Positions 8,410-18,604 of a stretch of 64,000 nt of DNA are shown here, one piece after another (the stretch's first letter is position 1; every line of letters starts with the position of its first letter). A program made the translations under genes and the position numbers. Source of the stretch: a virus. Taxonomy: Duplodnaviria; Caudoviricetes. Location: positions 426 to 64,425 of the IMG/VR virus record IMGVR_UViG_3300046673_000164; one strand, 5' to 3'. The notes beneath the pieces were generated by a model, which had not been told where the DNA came from, searched no databases, and worked only from the letters and a program-made list of their open reading frames with translations.

Positions 8410-9987
8410 TCAAGACGACGCCAACCGGGAACCGCTTGCAATCTTCGTAACAGTAATTACACCGTCGAAGGAGAAGTCGAGAGAACGATGATCGATCAGC
8501 ACTATTACCTTCCGCTCCGCCTCGCTGCGCGCCTGTAAGTGCTGTAGCAAATCGTCGACGCCTCGCGGAGACAAGTGCTGGGTAGGCTCATCCCATACTT
8601 CCAGATTGAGCTGCTCTTCTTTCCGGCTGTTTATCAATCCAGCGATTCCCATCTGCGCGGCCAGCCTCAGCCGCTGCGTAGCCCCACCACCCCAGCCCTT
8701 CCACGGGGCATACTCTCCGGATTCGCCGGAGTTAATCGCCACATTGAACCCACGGGTCACGCCTCCACTCTTGTTATCCCTCTCTACGTCCAGCCTAATC
8801 CGCCACCGCTCCAGGCCGAGCTGAATCAAACCACTGTTGCAATGCATCTCCAGCTCGGACAACGTCGAATCCATTATCCATAGCCGTAAGTCTCGAAACC
8901 CATTAACCCAATACAACGCCCTAGCTTCGCTTGAGGCGGCGAGGTCCCGCTTGGCGACCAGAAACCGCTTCCTCGCCTTGGATCGCGTCAGATCGCATTG
9001 CAACGCCTCCAGGGCGGCTTTATGGGGGTTGGAGTCCTCCTCCGCCAGCCGCTCGCGGATCTGCCGCAGACTGGCCTTGATTTTAGCTAATTCAACCCGG
9101 GCATCGGATATATCAGACGTAACCGCGTAAATCTCCTTGCGCTGCTTTGTCTCCCATCGCTCCCGATCCCTACTAATCACACTACCACAATACTTACACC
9201 GCTCATCCTTCCATCTAGCAGACTTCAACTCGCCCTCCAATATAGCCTGCTGTCTATCAGCCTCCTCCAAGACAAACACCAACCCCCGCTTCTTCTCGCG
9301 CAGCTTTGCATACTCAGTCTCCAGGCCAAGCCTGCGCTGCTCGTTCTCCTCCTCCCACCGCTCACTATTCTCTCTCGCGGACTTCCGATGCAGCCGCATG
9401 GCTTCGATCTTGCCCTTCTCCCGCTCGATCTGGTTTGTCAGTAATGCGGCAGCCGCAGCGTAGGTGTCCACATCTGCCTTAGCTTTGTCCGCCCGCTCCT
9501 CCCAATAGTCGAGGCCCAACGACTCGGAAAACAGGGCCAGCTTGTCGCTCGGCCCCAAGTCGAGGAAATACTCAGAGAACTGCCCGATCAAGACAGAATG
9601 CAAGAACTCCGTCCCGTTGCGGCCGATCAGCTCGTCTACCCGATCCTGAATCGTCAAGTCGCCATCGATCCGCAACTCGTTGGGATTCTGCTGCCGCCAC
9701 ACGCATCGTACCCTTCCGCCAACCTCCAGCTCCAGGCCCACCCAAGCCTGCTCCTCTCCCCAAGACACGACACTTCCGGCCCGCAATCCCCGCTCCGTCA
9801 CTCCAAACAAGCACCAATAGACGGCCGACCACAGCGTGGACTTCCCGACGTCGTTGCCCTCCAGGGCCTCATCCACTTCATTGATGCCACGCATCAGATA
9901 CAAGCCGGGCTCCTGTGGTAACTCAATCTCCTGCCGCTCACGGAAGGTGCGAAAGCCTTTCAAGCATATCTTGAGTAATCGCATCAT
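8410..9987 (-). CDS. SbcC/Rad50-like ATPase (recombination nuclease subunit)
   Basis: Walker A GNDVGKS, coiled coil with CKYC zinc hook, Walker B VWDEP, IDH. Confidence 0.9.
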   Translation of the reverse strand: MMRLLKICLKGFRTFRERQEIELPQEPGLYLMRGINEVDEALEGNDVGKSTLWSAVYWCLFGVTERGLRAGSVVSWGEEQAWVGLELEVGGRVRCVWRQQNPNELRIDGDLTIQDRVDELIGRNGTEFLHSVLIGQFSEYFLDLGPSDKLALFSESLGLDYWEERADKAKADVDTYAAAAALLTNQIEREKGKIEAMRLHRKSARENSERWEEENEQRRLGLETEYAKLREKKRGLVFVLEEADRQQAILEGELKSARWKDERCKYCGSVISRDRERWETKQRKEIYAVTSDISDARVELAKIKASLRQIRERLAEEDSNPHKAALEALQCDLTRSKARKRFLVAKRDLAASSEARALYWVNGFRDLRLWIMDSTLSELEMHCNSGLIQLGLERWRIRLDVERDNKSGGVTRGFNVAINSGESGEYAPWKGWGGGATQRLRLAAQMGIAGLINSRKEEQLNLEVWDEPTQHLSPRGVDDLLQHLQARSEAERKVIVLIDHRSLDFSFDGVITVTKIASGSRLASS

Positions 9988-10220
9988 GTCACCATATGTA
10001 TATGATGCTCAACTTCCAATATCGCATCAAACATACTACTAGCTTGGCCACGAGGAAGATAGATCCAGCGTACTTTTCCGCCGACATTGTCTATTATTTC
10101 CCAATCTGCCCCAAACACATAAGCAACAACCTGATCTTCTACCCACCTCTCCATAGCCAACAACTCAAGCTCCTCAGACTCGGCATCCCATTCAAAATGC
10201 GCTGTCCAACCATTTTTCAT
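9984..10220 (-). CDS. Hypothetical protein
   Basis: 78 aa, ATGA-coupled on both sides. Confidence 0.55.
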   Translation of the reverse strand: MKNGWTAHFEWDAESEELELLAMERWVEDQVVAYVFGADWEIIDNVGGKVRWIYLPRGQASSMFDAILEVEHHIHMVT

Positions 10221-11194
10221 AACAACTCCCTCCCCACAGCCGCGTCCGCGTCGTCGATACCGGCCTGCTCGCAGTAGGCCTCGAACTGCTCCCGTGGAGT
10301 CCCAATCTTCGCCGTCGGCCCGTCAAGCCGTAACCGCTTCTTCCCGGCTTCCACTAAGGACACCCCACATAGCAGCAAATCGTTGCGCTCACACATCCGC
10401 CGAATCTTCCGCTGATACTTCTCCCAGCAGTCGAACTCCGATCGCCGCAGCGATAGCTCCACCTTGACCTGATCCCCAGGCTGCCACAAAGGCTGATACT
10501 CCAGCTCGTCGGGATCGCTGATCCGCAGCACTAGCTTCTGCGGGCTGATTGGATACAAGTCTTTGTGCTGCTTCCCGTCGATCAACACCACCCGCGGCTT
10601 GAACGCGTCCCCGAAGCGGATCGGATAAGGCGCGCCAACATACTCTACCGGGCCAACCTTCTGTGGGACATGAATGTCTCCAGCCCATACTTTCCCACAC
10701 TTCTCCAGGTCCGACGTAGAACAGCCAGACAGGCTATGGCCAGACTCGCTTGTAGCCCCACGGAACTTCTGATGGCATCCAACAAAATCGACCCGAACGC
10801 TTCTTAGCCGTTGAGGATCGCCAAAAATAGGATCGCGCATGTGCGGGAAGAAGGCCCAGCGACAATTCCCAATCTCAACTATCTGCGGCTTGGCGTAGTA
10901 ATAGCAACGCGGATGATGGGCCAAGAATCGAAAGAACGGGCTGGAAGCCTCCGCATAGTCGTGGTTGCCCATCAGCAAATGAACCGAGATTCCCTCGCGG
11001 ACGAACTCAGTCAGGGCGGCCACCAACCGATTGACGAGAACGCTGGAGTGACAATCCTTCTCCTCGGTCAAGTCGCCAAGAATCACCAGAGAGTCGAAGC
11101 GGATGCCCCACAACCACTTACTCAAGAAGTCCCAACGATAGGCGTCGTTTGGCCGGTCGGTCAGGTGCAGATCCGAAGTAAGTAGAGTTAGCAT
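10217..11194 (-). CDS. SbcD/Mre11-like metallophosphoesterase nuclease
   Basis: SDLH, GDL, GNHD, GDIH motifs; next to SbcC. Confidence 0.9.
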   Translation of the reverse strand: MLTLLTSDLHLTDRPNDAYRWDFLSKWLWGIRFDSLVILGDLTEEKDCHSSVLVNRLVAALTEFVREGISVHLLMGNHDYAEASSPFFRFLAHHPRCYYYAKPQIVEIGNCRWAFFPHMRDPIFGDPQRLRSVRVDFVGCHQKFRGATSESGHSLSGCSTSDLEKCGKVWAGDIHVPQKVGPVEYVGAPYPIRFGDAFKPRVVLIDGKQHKDLYPISPQKLVLRISDPDELEYQPLWQPGDQVKVELSLRRSEFDCWEKYQRKIRRMCERNDLLLCGVSLVEAGKKRLRLDGPTAKIGTPREQFEAYCEQAGIDDADAAVGRELL

Positions 11195-11708
11195 TCTTCC
11201 CTCCGTGAATGAAGTCTTCGGGATCGAGTCTGAGCAAGTTGTCCAGATAGGCTGTCCAGAAGCCTACGTTCGGAAACGAGGCTAATAATACCGGGCCGAA
11301 GCAACCGGACAGTAAAGGCAGAAACACCAATGCCCGCCTCGCATTCTCTTTCACAATCATCAAAGGCATCTTTTTGCATTTCCATCCTTGCTTACAGCAC
11401 TTCTTCCACATCGCTACCAGCTTGCCTCTTCCATAAACAAGCAAGTCAAGATCAAGCCGTTTGTAGCTCTTTGCCTCGACAAAGAACGTATCCGCGAACG
11501 CGAAGCCGTCGGGATGGATGGCAGCAAGGTCGCCCGCCTGATGGTTCAACTCGCCGCCCTTCTTCCGTAACGTTGTCGCCCGCCCTCCGCTCTGGCTCGA
11601 CCGCCAGAACAAATCTTTGCTCTTGCCCCCGCTAACCCATAGGGACAGCTTGCGGCATAACTCCCGTTCGAAGCCGCTTCCCTTCGCCTTGGATGCCTTA
11701 CCGCCCAT
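11118..11708 (-). CDS. Holliday junction resolvase (PD-(D/E)xK)
   Basis: KAKGSGFERE...GDL...FVEAKSY; TAATG-coupled start. Confidence 0.8.
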   Translation of the reverse strand: MGGKASKAKGSGFERELCRKLSLWVSGGKSKDLFWRSSQSGGRATTLRKKGGELNHQAGDLAAIHPDGFAFADTFFVEAKSYKRLDLDLLVYGRGKLVAMWKKCCKQGWKCKKMPLMIVKENARRALVFLPLLSGCFGPVLLASFPNVGFWTAYLDNLLRLDPEDFIHGGKNANSTYFGSAPDRPAKRRLSLGLLE

Positions 11709-13270
11709 TAGTACTTCCTCCTGGTCGGAGCGAAGGTTGCTTCCACCCTGGCCCACTCCACCTTGACGGCCCTCGCCAGCCGTCGACGCTCAAGCGCGTA
11801 CTCCTCGTCGGCCAGGTCCTGCAGCCAGCGACCATACTCTTTCCAGTCTCCGAAGCCACTATCCACGAACGCCTTCGGCCCTCCCCTCCCCAATGTCTTC
11901 AGCCAGTCACAGGCCGCCGCCACGTCGTCGATTCCGTAGCTGAACAGAATAGGGAAGTCCGCCTCGCGGAACGGCGGACCGATCTTGTTCTTTTTCACTT
12001 TAGCCCGTATCTGCACCCCAACAACCCGCTCCACCTTGTTGATCGTCCGCTTCAGCTGCTTCATGTGGGCGAGCCATACGATCTGTGAGGCGTAAAAGTC
12101 CAGGGCGCGTCCCCCAGTCCGAGTATGCTTTTCCCCGAACGCCACCCCAATATTGTCTCGCACCTGAGACACAATACACAAAGTCATCTTCGCCTTATCC
12201 ATCTTCCGCGTCAGGCGGCGGAACAGCTGGCCCATTTGCTTCGGCTTGTTTCCCCCATAGGTGCTCTCGTCGATCCCGCGGGCCTGCTCCGCCCGATCCG
12301 AAACTGCGTCTAGGCTGTCGAGAATATAAAGCGAAGGGCGGTCGCCGTACTTGTCGAGCAGGGACGTTATATCCTCGAACACATCCTCCACAGTATGCAA
12401 AGTCCTCTTCATCTTCACCTGCCCAACAGGCAAGCCGAGGCTCTCCGCATAAGCGCTATCAAAGGCCGCCTCGGTTTCGCGATAGAAGATTTTGCTGTCA
12501 CGATACAGCTTGGCGAAGTTGGCGCTAGCTTCGATTGCCAGCAGCGTCTTCCCAGTACTATTATGCACCACAAACCCACTAGCTATAAAATTGTGGTGCT
12601 TCTCCTCGACGGTAACGTCATAGGTAATCTCGGAGTCTACCGACTGAATGGACACTATTTTCGATAACTCAATCGCCTTAGTATTGGCCGGCATTTCTTC
12701 AGCATGGGTTACATAATGCTCCTTATATCGCGAGACTTCCACCCCACGAGCGCTTCGCCAGCTTCTCACGGGGGTTCCCACCCGCAACATTCCATCCGCC
12801 AAACAACCCCACCCGCCATCGGTGTGAAACAAATGATCTTCTGAAGCCTTGAGGCTGTTACCCCGATCATCGCTTATCGCATACAATCGCTTACGGCATG
12901 AACGACTAACTGCCGATACCTGAGTTAATCCTACATATCCTCCAACATCAGCCACCAAATACGTTAGAGCGTTAGCATTACGGTTTGGGTGATTCCCAGT
13001 AAATCGATTGAATAGCGTTCGAAGCGTCATCTTCTTTGGGCTAACCCCACGCTGAACGGACACAATCGTATCACCAGAGAGGCATTTGTCGCCCACGATA
13101 TTGACGATCTTCCCCTCTGGCCAGCCTCCGCCAAGAGCGCAGTCGAGAAGCTGGCAGCCAGAAGAAAACAACCTAACGGAGGAGGGCGGAGCAAAGTACG
13201 CCCCACCACTCTTCCGCTTCGGCCGCGGTGCTAAGGAGTCGTCGCTCAGTGATAATCGTTCGCGATCCAT
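11708..13270 (-). CDS. recA: RecA/UvsX-like recombinase with intein
   Basis: LDCALGGGWP, P-loop GDK|STGKT split by an intein, ILDS, SQVR, GGRALDFYAS, KNKIGPP. Confidence 0.92.
   Translation of the reverse strand: MDRERLSLSDDSLAPRPKRKSGGAYFAPPSSVRLFSSGCQLLDCALGGGWPEGKIVNIVGDKCLSGDTIVSVQRGVSPKKMTLRTLFNRFTGNHPNRNANALTYLVADVGGYVGLTQVSAVSRSCRKRLYAISDDRGNSLKASEDHLFHTDGGWGCLADGMLRVGTPVRSWRSARGVEVSRYKEHYVTHAEEMPANTKAIELSKIVSIQSVDSEITYDVTVEEKHHNFIASGFVVHNSTGKTLLAIEASANFAKLYRDSKIFYRETEAAFDSAYAESLGLPVGQVKMKRTLHTVEDVFEDITSLLDKYGDRPSLYILDSLDAVSDRAEQARGIDESTYGGNKPKQMGQLFRRLTRKMDKAKMTLCIVSQVRDNIGVAFGEKHTRTGGRALDFYASQIVWLAHMKQLKRTINKVERVVGVQIRAKVKKNKIGPPFREADFPILFSYGIDDVAAACDWLKTLGRGGPKAFVDSGFGDWKEYGRWLQDLADEEYALERRRLARAVKVEWARVEATFAPTRRKY
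12560..13084 (-). mobile_element. Mini-intein (175 aa) in the RecA P-loop
   Basis: N-terminal CLSGDT, block B SEDH, block F TYDVTV, C-terminal VVHN followed by Ser; more AT-rich than flanks. Confidence 0.9.
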
Positions 13271-13285
13271 TCAAGCACCTTAGTG

Positions 13286-14443
13286 TCAATCGTCCTCGTC
13301 TTCATCGTCGTCTTCCTCGGCCCGCAGCTTCACAATCTTGTCCGCGGCCCGCAGCTTCATCTTCTTTCCGCGCTTGCATACGCAGAAGCCGCCTTTGCTG
13401 CTCCGGCCGGTGTCCTCGCATGCCGGGCAGTCGTACTCTTCCTCGTCGTCTTCGTCCTCATCGTCGTCAGAACGGGATATTGTCTTCTTCTTCGTAGTCA
13501 CCTTTTCCCGTCGAGTAGGGCGTGGCTCATCGTCTTCGTCGTCCTCCTCGTCGTCTTCTTCTGGCTCCGGCCGCCGCTTGGCCTTCGACTTCTTGCGGGG
13601 TTCCTCATCGTCGTCCTCATCTTCGTCTTCGTCATCATCGTCGGAACGCCGCTTCTTCCTAGCGTCGGCGGCCGCCTCGCGCGACTTACCCTTGAATCTG
13701 CCGCCATCTTCTTCCTCATCGTCGTCCTCATCTTCGTCTTCGTCCTTGGCCTTCCGCCCGGCGGCCACCGCGGCGATATGCTCGGGATCAAAGTAGACCA
13801 GCACGTCGGTCAGCGGGTTCTCCTGAACCATCTTCAGCCATTCATCGGCCGTGTCCTGGTCGTCGGCCAGCGGCGAAGGCTTGCGGTCGATTTTCGTGCC
13901 GCTGTATTTCGTCCTCAGCTTCGTTCCCTTGCGGCTGATCTCAATATCATAGCCATCCTCGGGATTGTCGATGAACAACGTTTCGCCGCTCCGCTTGTCG
14001 ATAGACAAAGAAGCAATCTCAGCGTCGATGCTCCAGGCCATCGACCATAGCTGTGGGCCGGCGTCCTCATCGTTGCGGTCGATCACCCACACTAGCACCC
14101 GCTTGACCGGCGCCAGGTCTTTCGCGTACTGGTCGTCGCCGTCCTTCTGCGCCCGCTTCCGCTCGTCGCAGATCGGGCAGGCCTCGCCCTTCATCTTGGC
14201 GGCGCAGAGATACGCCTGGTCATCGCTGCCGATGCCGTAGTGGACGTAAACGTCGAGTCCGTAGTGCTCGGCGTCCTCCCAGGTCGGCGGCAGGAAGCGG
14301 ATGCGGTTCTCGCCTTCCTTTGGCTTCCACGATGTAAAGTCCGACTTGAAAGGGGAGTCGTACAGTCCTCCGCTCTGATTGGCCCGTTTCTGCGCGGCCT
14401 TTGGGTCGCGCTGCTTGTACTCAAATCGCGTTCTCTTTTTCAT
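13286..14443 (-). CDS. ssDNA-binding protein (T4 gp32-like) with long acidic/basic tail
   Basis: GENRIRFLP...HY...YLC...CPIC...GYDIEI.R.GT...TKY; D/E-rich C-terminus containing CPAC..C.C. Confidence 0.8.
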   Translation of the reverse strand: MKKRTRFEYKQRDPKAAQKRANQSGGLYDSPFKSDFTSWKPKEGENRIRFLPPTWEDAEHYGLDVYVHYGIGSDDQAYLCAAKMKGEACPICDERKRAQKDGDDQYAKDLAPVKRVLVWVIDRNDEDAGPQLWSMAWSIDAEIASLSIDKRSGETLFIDNPEDGYDIEISRKGTKLRTKYSGTKIDRKPSPLADDQDTADEWLKMVQENPLTDVLVYFDPEHIAAVAAGRKAKDEDEDEDDDEEEDGGRFKGKSREAAADARKKRRSDDDDEDEDEDDDEEPRKKSKAKRRPEPEEDDEEDDEDDEPRPTRREKVTTKKKTISRSDDDEDEDDEEEYDCPACEDTGRSSKGGFCVCKRGKKMKLRAADKIVKLRAEEDDDEDEDD

Positions 14444-14580
14444 TTTCTCCTCCGGTGGAATGACCGCCGGATAGCAGACAGCTTACCGGCGTAGAATGCC
14501 CTAGCAACAACCCAGACCAAAGCATAAAGCAGTATAGGAACGAACAGCACGATAGCGATAGTTGCAATATTGAAACTCAT
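14440..14580 (-). CDS. Small membrane protein
   Basis: MSFNIATIAIVLFVPILLYALVWVV; coupled overlaps. Confidence 0.5.
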   Translation of the reverse strand: MSFNIATIAIVLFVPILLYALVWVVARAFYAGKLSAIRRSFHRRRK

Positions 14581-15059
14581 AGCCTCTCCCTCCGCTGCTT
14601 CGCCATTTCCTTCCGCCGCTGCTGATACTTCTCCTGCCCAACGTCTCTGGCATCTGCACCCTTGACGGCCGTCGCCGAGAAGTAGCCTGCGACGTAAAGC
14701 CCACACAAATCCTTGAGCACGAACGCCCGCTGAGAAAAAGCTTCTTTCACCGCTAACAGCTTGTCGGCCTTCTCTTTGGCCACCAGATATGCGTCGATGG
14801 ATCGGCGATAGGCCTTGTCGACTTCAATCTTCGCCTTGACGGCCGCCTCCGTCACCTTCTCTCCCTCATCGGCCAGGTCGCGACGGATGGTAAGCTCTCG
14901 GCTGGCACGAACGGCATCGACCGCCTCCTTGAGCTGGTCGCGAAAGGACATGGCCTCGGCGTAGTCCTCTGCCACCGCCAGAAACAACTGCGGCTGTCGG
15001 ATTAGCGCCTCGTCAAGGGCGTCGCGGTCAATCCGAAGTTCTTTGCCGTAGTCCATCAT
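14577..15059 (-). CDS. UvsY-like recombination mediator
   Basis: LRIDRDALDE...QP...KVTEAAV...AF.QR...L.LY.AGYF; sits beside SSB/RecA. Confidence 0.65.
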   Translation of the reverse strand: MMDYGKELRIDRDALDEALIRQPQLFLAVAEDYAEAMSFRDQLKEAVDAVRASRELTIRRDLADEGEKVTEAAVKAKIEVDKAYRRSIDAYLVAKEKADKLLAVKEAFSQRAFVLKDLCGLYVAGYFSATAVKGADARDVGQEKYQQRRKEMAKQRRERL

Positions 15060-15075
15060 CGCTAAATCCTCCAAT

Positions 15076-15090
15076 TAGATATACAAATCA
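15076..15090 (-). promoter_or_regulatory. Recurring promoter-like motif TGATTTGTATATCTA
   Basis: Identical 15-mer at 23197-23211; 12-mer core at 38109-38120 on the plus strand. Confidence 0.6.
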
Positions 15091-16014
15091 CCCAAAGATT
15101 ATCCGACCCAGACTCAGAAGCAGCGGAGCGAAGCCCTCCGACGAATTGTAGGGCTCGCTGAACGCGTCGATCATTTCCAACACGCGGCCGGCAACCTTGT
15201 CGCTACTGGCTCCAAACGCCGCAGTCGTCAGGTAAGCCAGAGTCACCAGCCGTATACTTTCGGGGTTCTGCTCGCGCAACGGCTCCAGCAGCTTGATCGC
15301 CTTCGCCCAAGTCAGGCCCTTGACCAGAGCGCGGGCCAGCACAATTGCGTCGCCTTCCTCGTCCGCTTTCTGAAGTAGCGGTAGAGCCTCCTTCGCAGTC
15401 TTGCATCCATAGCACTGAGCCAGATAGGTCAAGGCTCGTCGCGGCGACCCGAACGACTGCCGGGCGACCACCGCCAGAACTTCGTCCGGCGTCTGGTAGT
15501 CCTCCGCCTCCCGCACCTTCTCCAGCAGCTCAATCAGCAGATCGACGCAGACCGGCTGCAAACCGAAAGAGGTGCAGCGAGTCTCAATCGTCTTCGGTAT
15601 CTTTCCCGGCTCAGTCGTACAGAACACCCAATACACGTGCGGGGGCGGCTCCTCGACCGACTTCAACAAACTCTGCCAAGCCTGCTTGCTCAGGGCGTGG
15701 GCCTCATCGATCACGATCACCTTGGCCGTCGACTCTCCGAATCCCTTATAGGCGGTCCCGTCAGCGATCTGCCGCATGGCGTCGATTCCGGTATGTGTGG
15801 CCGCGTCGACCTCCAGGAGATTCTGCGGCTCGCATCCGACCTCTCCTGCGAGGATACGAGCTAACGTCGTCTTGCCGACTCCACTCGGGCCGGTCAGCAG
15901 AAAGGCGTGTGCCGTCTTCTTCTTCAGCACGGCGCACAATCCCTTGACCACCGGAGCTTGACCAAGCACCTCATCCCAGGTCGTCGGCCGATATTTACGA
16001 TGAAGATCGCTCAT
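15088..16014 (-). CDS. dnaX: Clamp loader, DnaX (gamma/tau)-like AAA+ ATPase
   Basis: HRKYRP, GPSGVGKT, IDEAH, EEPP, TIETRC. Confidence 0.88.
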   Translation of the reverse strand: MSDLHRKYRPTTWDEVLGQAPVVKGLCAVLKKKTAHAFLLTGPSGVGKTTLARILAGEVGCEPQNLLEVDAATHTGIDAMRQIADGTAYKGFGESTAKVIVIDEAHALSKQAWQSLLKSVEEPPPHVYWVFCTTEPGKIPKTIETRCTSFGLQPVCVDLLIELLEKVREAEDYQTPDEVLAVVARQSFGSPRRALTYLAQCYGCKTAKEALPLLQKADEEGDAIVLARALVKGLTWAKAIKLLEPLREQNPESIRLVTLAYLTTAAFGASSDKVAGRVLEMIDAFSEPYNSSEGFAPLLLSLGRIIFG

Positions 16015-18602
16015 AACTCATCCGAAAAGAAGGTTCCCACAGGCCGCATGTCGGCCCAGTTCTCGCCTATCTTCACTTCCACACTCATCGGCACATTGAC
16101 CCAATCGAAGGCCGGAGTCAGCATTTCGCGGACGATCTCCTCTTGCAGCCCCTCCAAGCGATCCTTTGGAATATAAAACTCTAGGTCATCGTGCAGATCG
16201 ATCACGGCCTGGAACGCCGGCTCCTCCTCCTTCTCCGCCCGCACCGACAGGCGGTTCATCGCCTCGACCACCAAGTCGCTGGCCACTCCCTGCGTGATGT
16301 TGTTGAGTAGCTGGTTGGTGCTCAACGGAGCCCGCCGCCTCCGCCCTGTCAGCCCGGTCACATAGCCGTCATGCTGATAGTCGGCCAGCTGCTTCTCCTG
16401 CCACTTCCAGACACCAGGGAACGCGCCCTTGAACTCCTCAAACAAATCCTCGCATTTTCGAGACAGCTTCAAACGGGCCGCGATGCTTTCCCAAGCCGCC
16501 CCGTAGAAGCCGGCCAACACCCAATTGCTCTTCACGTCCTGCCGCAGCTTCTTCAAGTCGTTTCCATACTCCCGATATGCCCTCAGGTCCGCCTTAGCAA
16601 TCCGTTCCGCCCAGTCGCCATGAATGTCGTGGCGGTCGACGAACGACCTGACCAGCCGCTTATCCCGCGACTCCATTGCGATCACCCGTGGCTCGATCTG
16701 CCCGTAGTCGCAAGACAATAAAACATGCTTGCAACTAGCCCCGGTTATCGGATGGGTCTTCGGCGCCGTCACAATAGCTCGCACCCACGCATCCTCCCGC
16801 ATGGGGAAGTTCTGTACGTTTGGGTCTTGGCTACTCAACCGGCCAGTCACGGTGAATAGATCGTTGAACTTCGTGTGCAGCCGCCCGTCCGCATACACTA
16901 CGCCTCCGACCGGGGCGCAAGGATCGATGTAGGTAGATTTCATCTTGGAGTAAGATCGCAGCCGCAAAACCGCGGACGCGATCGGCAGGTCCATCTTCTC
17001 CAAAGCGGAGTCATCGACGCTGTATCCGGTCTTGTTCTTCTTCCGCTGCCCCTCCCGCCGGTCGAGTAGGTCGCGGAACAGAACGACTAGCTGCGGGTTA
17101 GAAGTCGGTTCCAGCGGCTTGCCGATCTTCTTCTCGTACAGCCTCGCCTCGCGGCTGTCGGCAATCTCCAACAAACATTGATCGATCTTCCGCTGCATCT
17201 TCTTCTGAAACTTGGCCACCGCGTCAAAGTCCACCACCAGGCCCTTCTGCTGCGCCCTGACCAGCGTCAAACATCGACGGAGGTGTAGTTTGTATGCCTC
17301 CTGTAATCCCTCCTGCTCAATCTCTTCCGCCTGGACATGATACAACTTCGCCTCATACTTTGCGTCCAGCGCATTATACTTCAGTAGCCGGTCGATGCCT
17401 TCCTCCGCCAGCCGAGACCGATCCACGTTGCTTTGGCTTTTCAGCCGGAATCCGAATCGGTGCAGACAGCAGTCGTCGAGGCTGAGGCCGCCCCGCCGCT
17501 CATCCAGAACGTAAGCCTGCGACATCGTATCGCCCCATCCGGTCCGCCGCCATCGCGGGTTATGCCCATATATTTGTGTCATCCACTCCAGCTCGAACGG
17601 AAGGCTATGGGCGACCTTAACACATTTTGAACGGAGGAATTGCAACACTAGGTCTTTGGCCCGATGCCAATCATCGGGAGACCATCTGGCGTCCTTGTGG
17701 CAGATCGGCAAGGCCCACGTGATCCGGCCGTCGGAGAAGGCTATTGACAGCCAGCCGTTGACGGGGGGCAGCATATACGGCCGGAGGGCCTTGGTTTCTA
17801 TGTCGAAAGCAATGATTGCTCTTTCGGCAACCCAAGCCGCTAGCTGCCTCCCCAAACGAGTTAGCCCGCTAGAATCCCTGGCGTAGCGTATACCGCGATC
17901 CAGGCCGTCGAGGGGTTCTAGGGTAGGATCGCCCAAGCCTCGCGTTATACGCGAAGCCAACCCCCTTAAATCGCATTTGAAGACTAGGTTCCAATCCTCG
18001 TCAGCGTAATTGCTCGACCGCTGGACGAACGACGGGTGGAGGATCGGGTACAGCCAGCAGACATGCTCCCCCGCCTTGACGGGCATCAGCTTGCCCCGCC
18101 ACTTGGTGATCGAGGATTCCCCGGTCGCCCACAGCAGGGCAGTCCCGCCGACAGCCAGAATCACCTGCGGCCTAGCCCGCTCGATGCTGCGGACGACCCG
18201 CCTGCGGCATCGCTCGAACTCGACCCGTTCCGGCGTCCGGTTGTCCGGCGGGCGGCAGCGGCAGCAGTTGTCCCACCGCAAAGAATCCAGCCCGACCTCT
18301 TTCAGAATGGAGCGTAGCAGCCGGCCGGACCTACCAACAAACTGCTCGGCCTTCTTGTCCTCATCGGCTCCAGGCGCCTCGCCCAACACGTAGATGATAG
18401 GATGCTTCTCACCGGTCGGCTTCATCCCAGGGCTAAGCACCTCGTCGGTCAACAACGAGCATCCGTCGCAGCCTCGCTCCTGGATGGAGGAGTAGTCGAT
18501 CTCAACCGGAGCAGAACGAGGGTTAGCCTTTCGCGGCCCGAAGCCAACCCGCTTCTTGACCGCCTTCTTCTCAGTGCGGGTGAAGAATCCGACATCACTC
18601 AT
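16011..18602 (-). CDS. polA: Family A DNA polymerase with N-terminal family-4 uracil-DNA glycosylase domain and 3'-5' exonuclease
   Basis: GEAPG..ED..FVGRSG, CRPPDNR, HPS (UDG4); FDIET, YNALD (exonuclease); TGRLSS, DYGQIE, HDDL (PolA); start MSDVGF at 18602. Confidence 0.92.
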   Translation of the reverse strand: MSDVGFFTRTEKKAVKKRVGFGPRKANPRSAPVEIDYSSIQERGCDGCSLLTDEVLSPGMKPTGEKHPIIYVLGEAPGADEDKKAEQFVGRSGRLLRSILKEVGLDSLRWDNCCRCRPPDNRTPERVEFERCRRRVVRSIERARPQVILAVGGTALLWATGESSITKWRGKLMPVKAGEHVCWLYPILHPSFVQRSSNYADEDWNLVFKCDLRGLASRITRGLGDPTLEPLDGLDRGIRYARDSSGLTRLGRQLAAWVAERAIIAFDIETKALRPYMLPPVNGWLSIAFSDGRITWALPICHKDARWSPDDWHRAKDLVLQFLRSKCVKVAHSLPFELEWMTQIYGHNPRWRRTGWGDTMSQAYVLDERRGGLSLDDCCLHRFGFRLKSQSNVDRSRLAEEGIDRLLKYNALDAKYEAKLYHVQAEEIEQEGLQEAYKLHLRRCLTLVRAQQKGLVVDFDAVAKFQKKMQRKIDQCLLEIADSREARLYEKKIGKPLEPTSNPQLVVLFRDLLDRREGQRKKNKTGYSVDDSALEKMDLPIASAVLRLRSYSKMKSTYIDPCAPVGGVVYADGRLHTKFNDLFTVTGRLSSQDPNVQNFPMREDAWVRAIVTAPKTHPITGASCKHVLLSCDYGQIEPRVIAMESRDKRLVRSFVDRHDIHGDWAERIAKADLRAYREYGNDLKKLRQDVKSNWVLAGFYGAAWESIAARLKLSRKCEDLFEEFKGAFPGVWKWQEKQLADYQHDGYVTGLTGRRRRAPLSTNQLLNNITQGVASDLVVEAMNRLSVRAEKEEEPAFQAVIDLHDDLEFYIPKDRLEGLQEEIVREMLTPAFDWVNVPMSVEVKIGENWADMRPVGTFFSDEL

Positions 18603-18604
18603 GC

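Noticed and set aside
12560-13084. Homing endonuclease in the RecA intein
   Set aside because: Too short, and no LAGLIDADG/HNH motifs
13283-14050. Plus-strand poly-Ser/hydrophobic ORFs (also 23331-23858, 44600-45175, 53972-55465)
   Set aside because: Antisense shadows of acidic or codon-biased minus-strand genes
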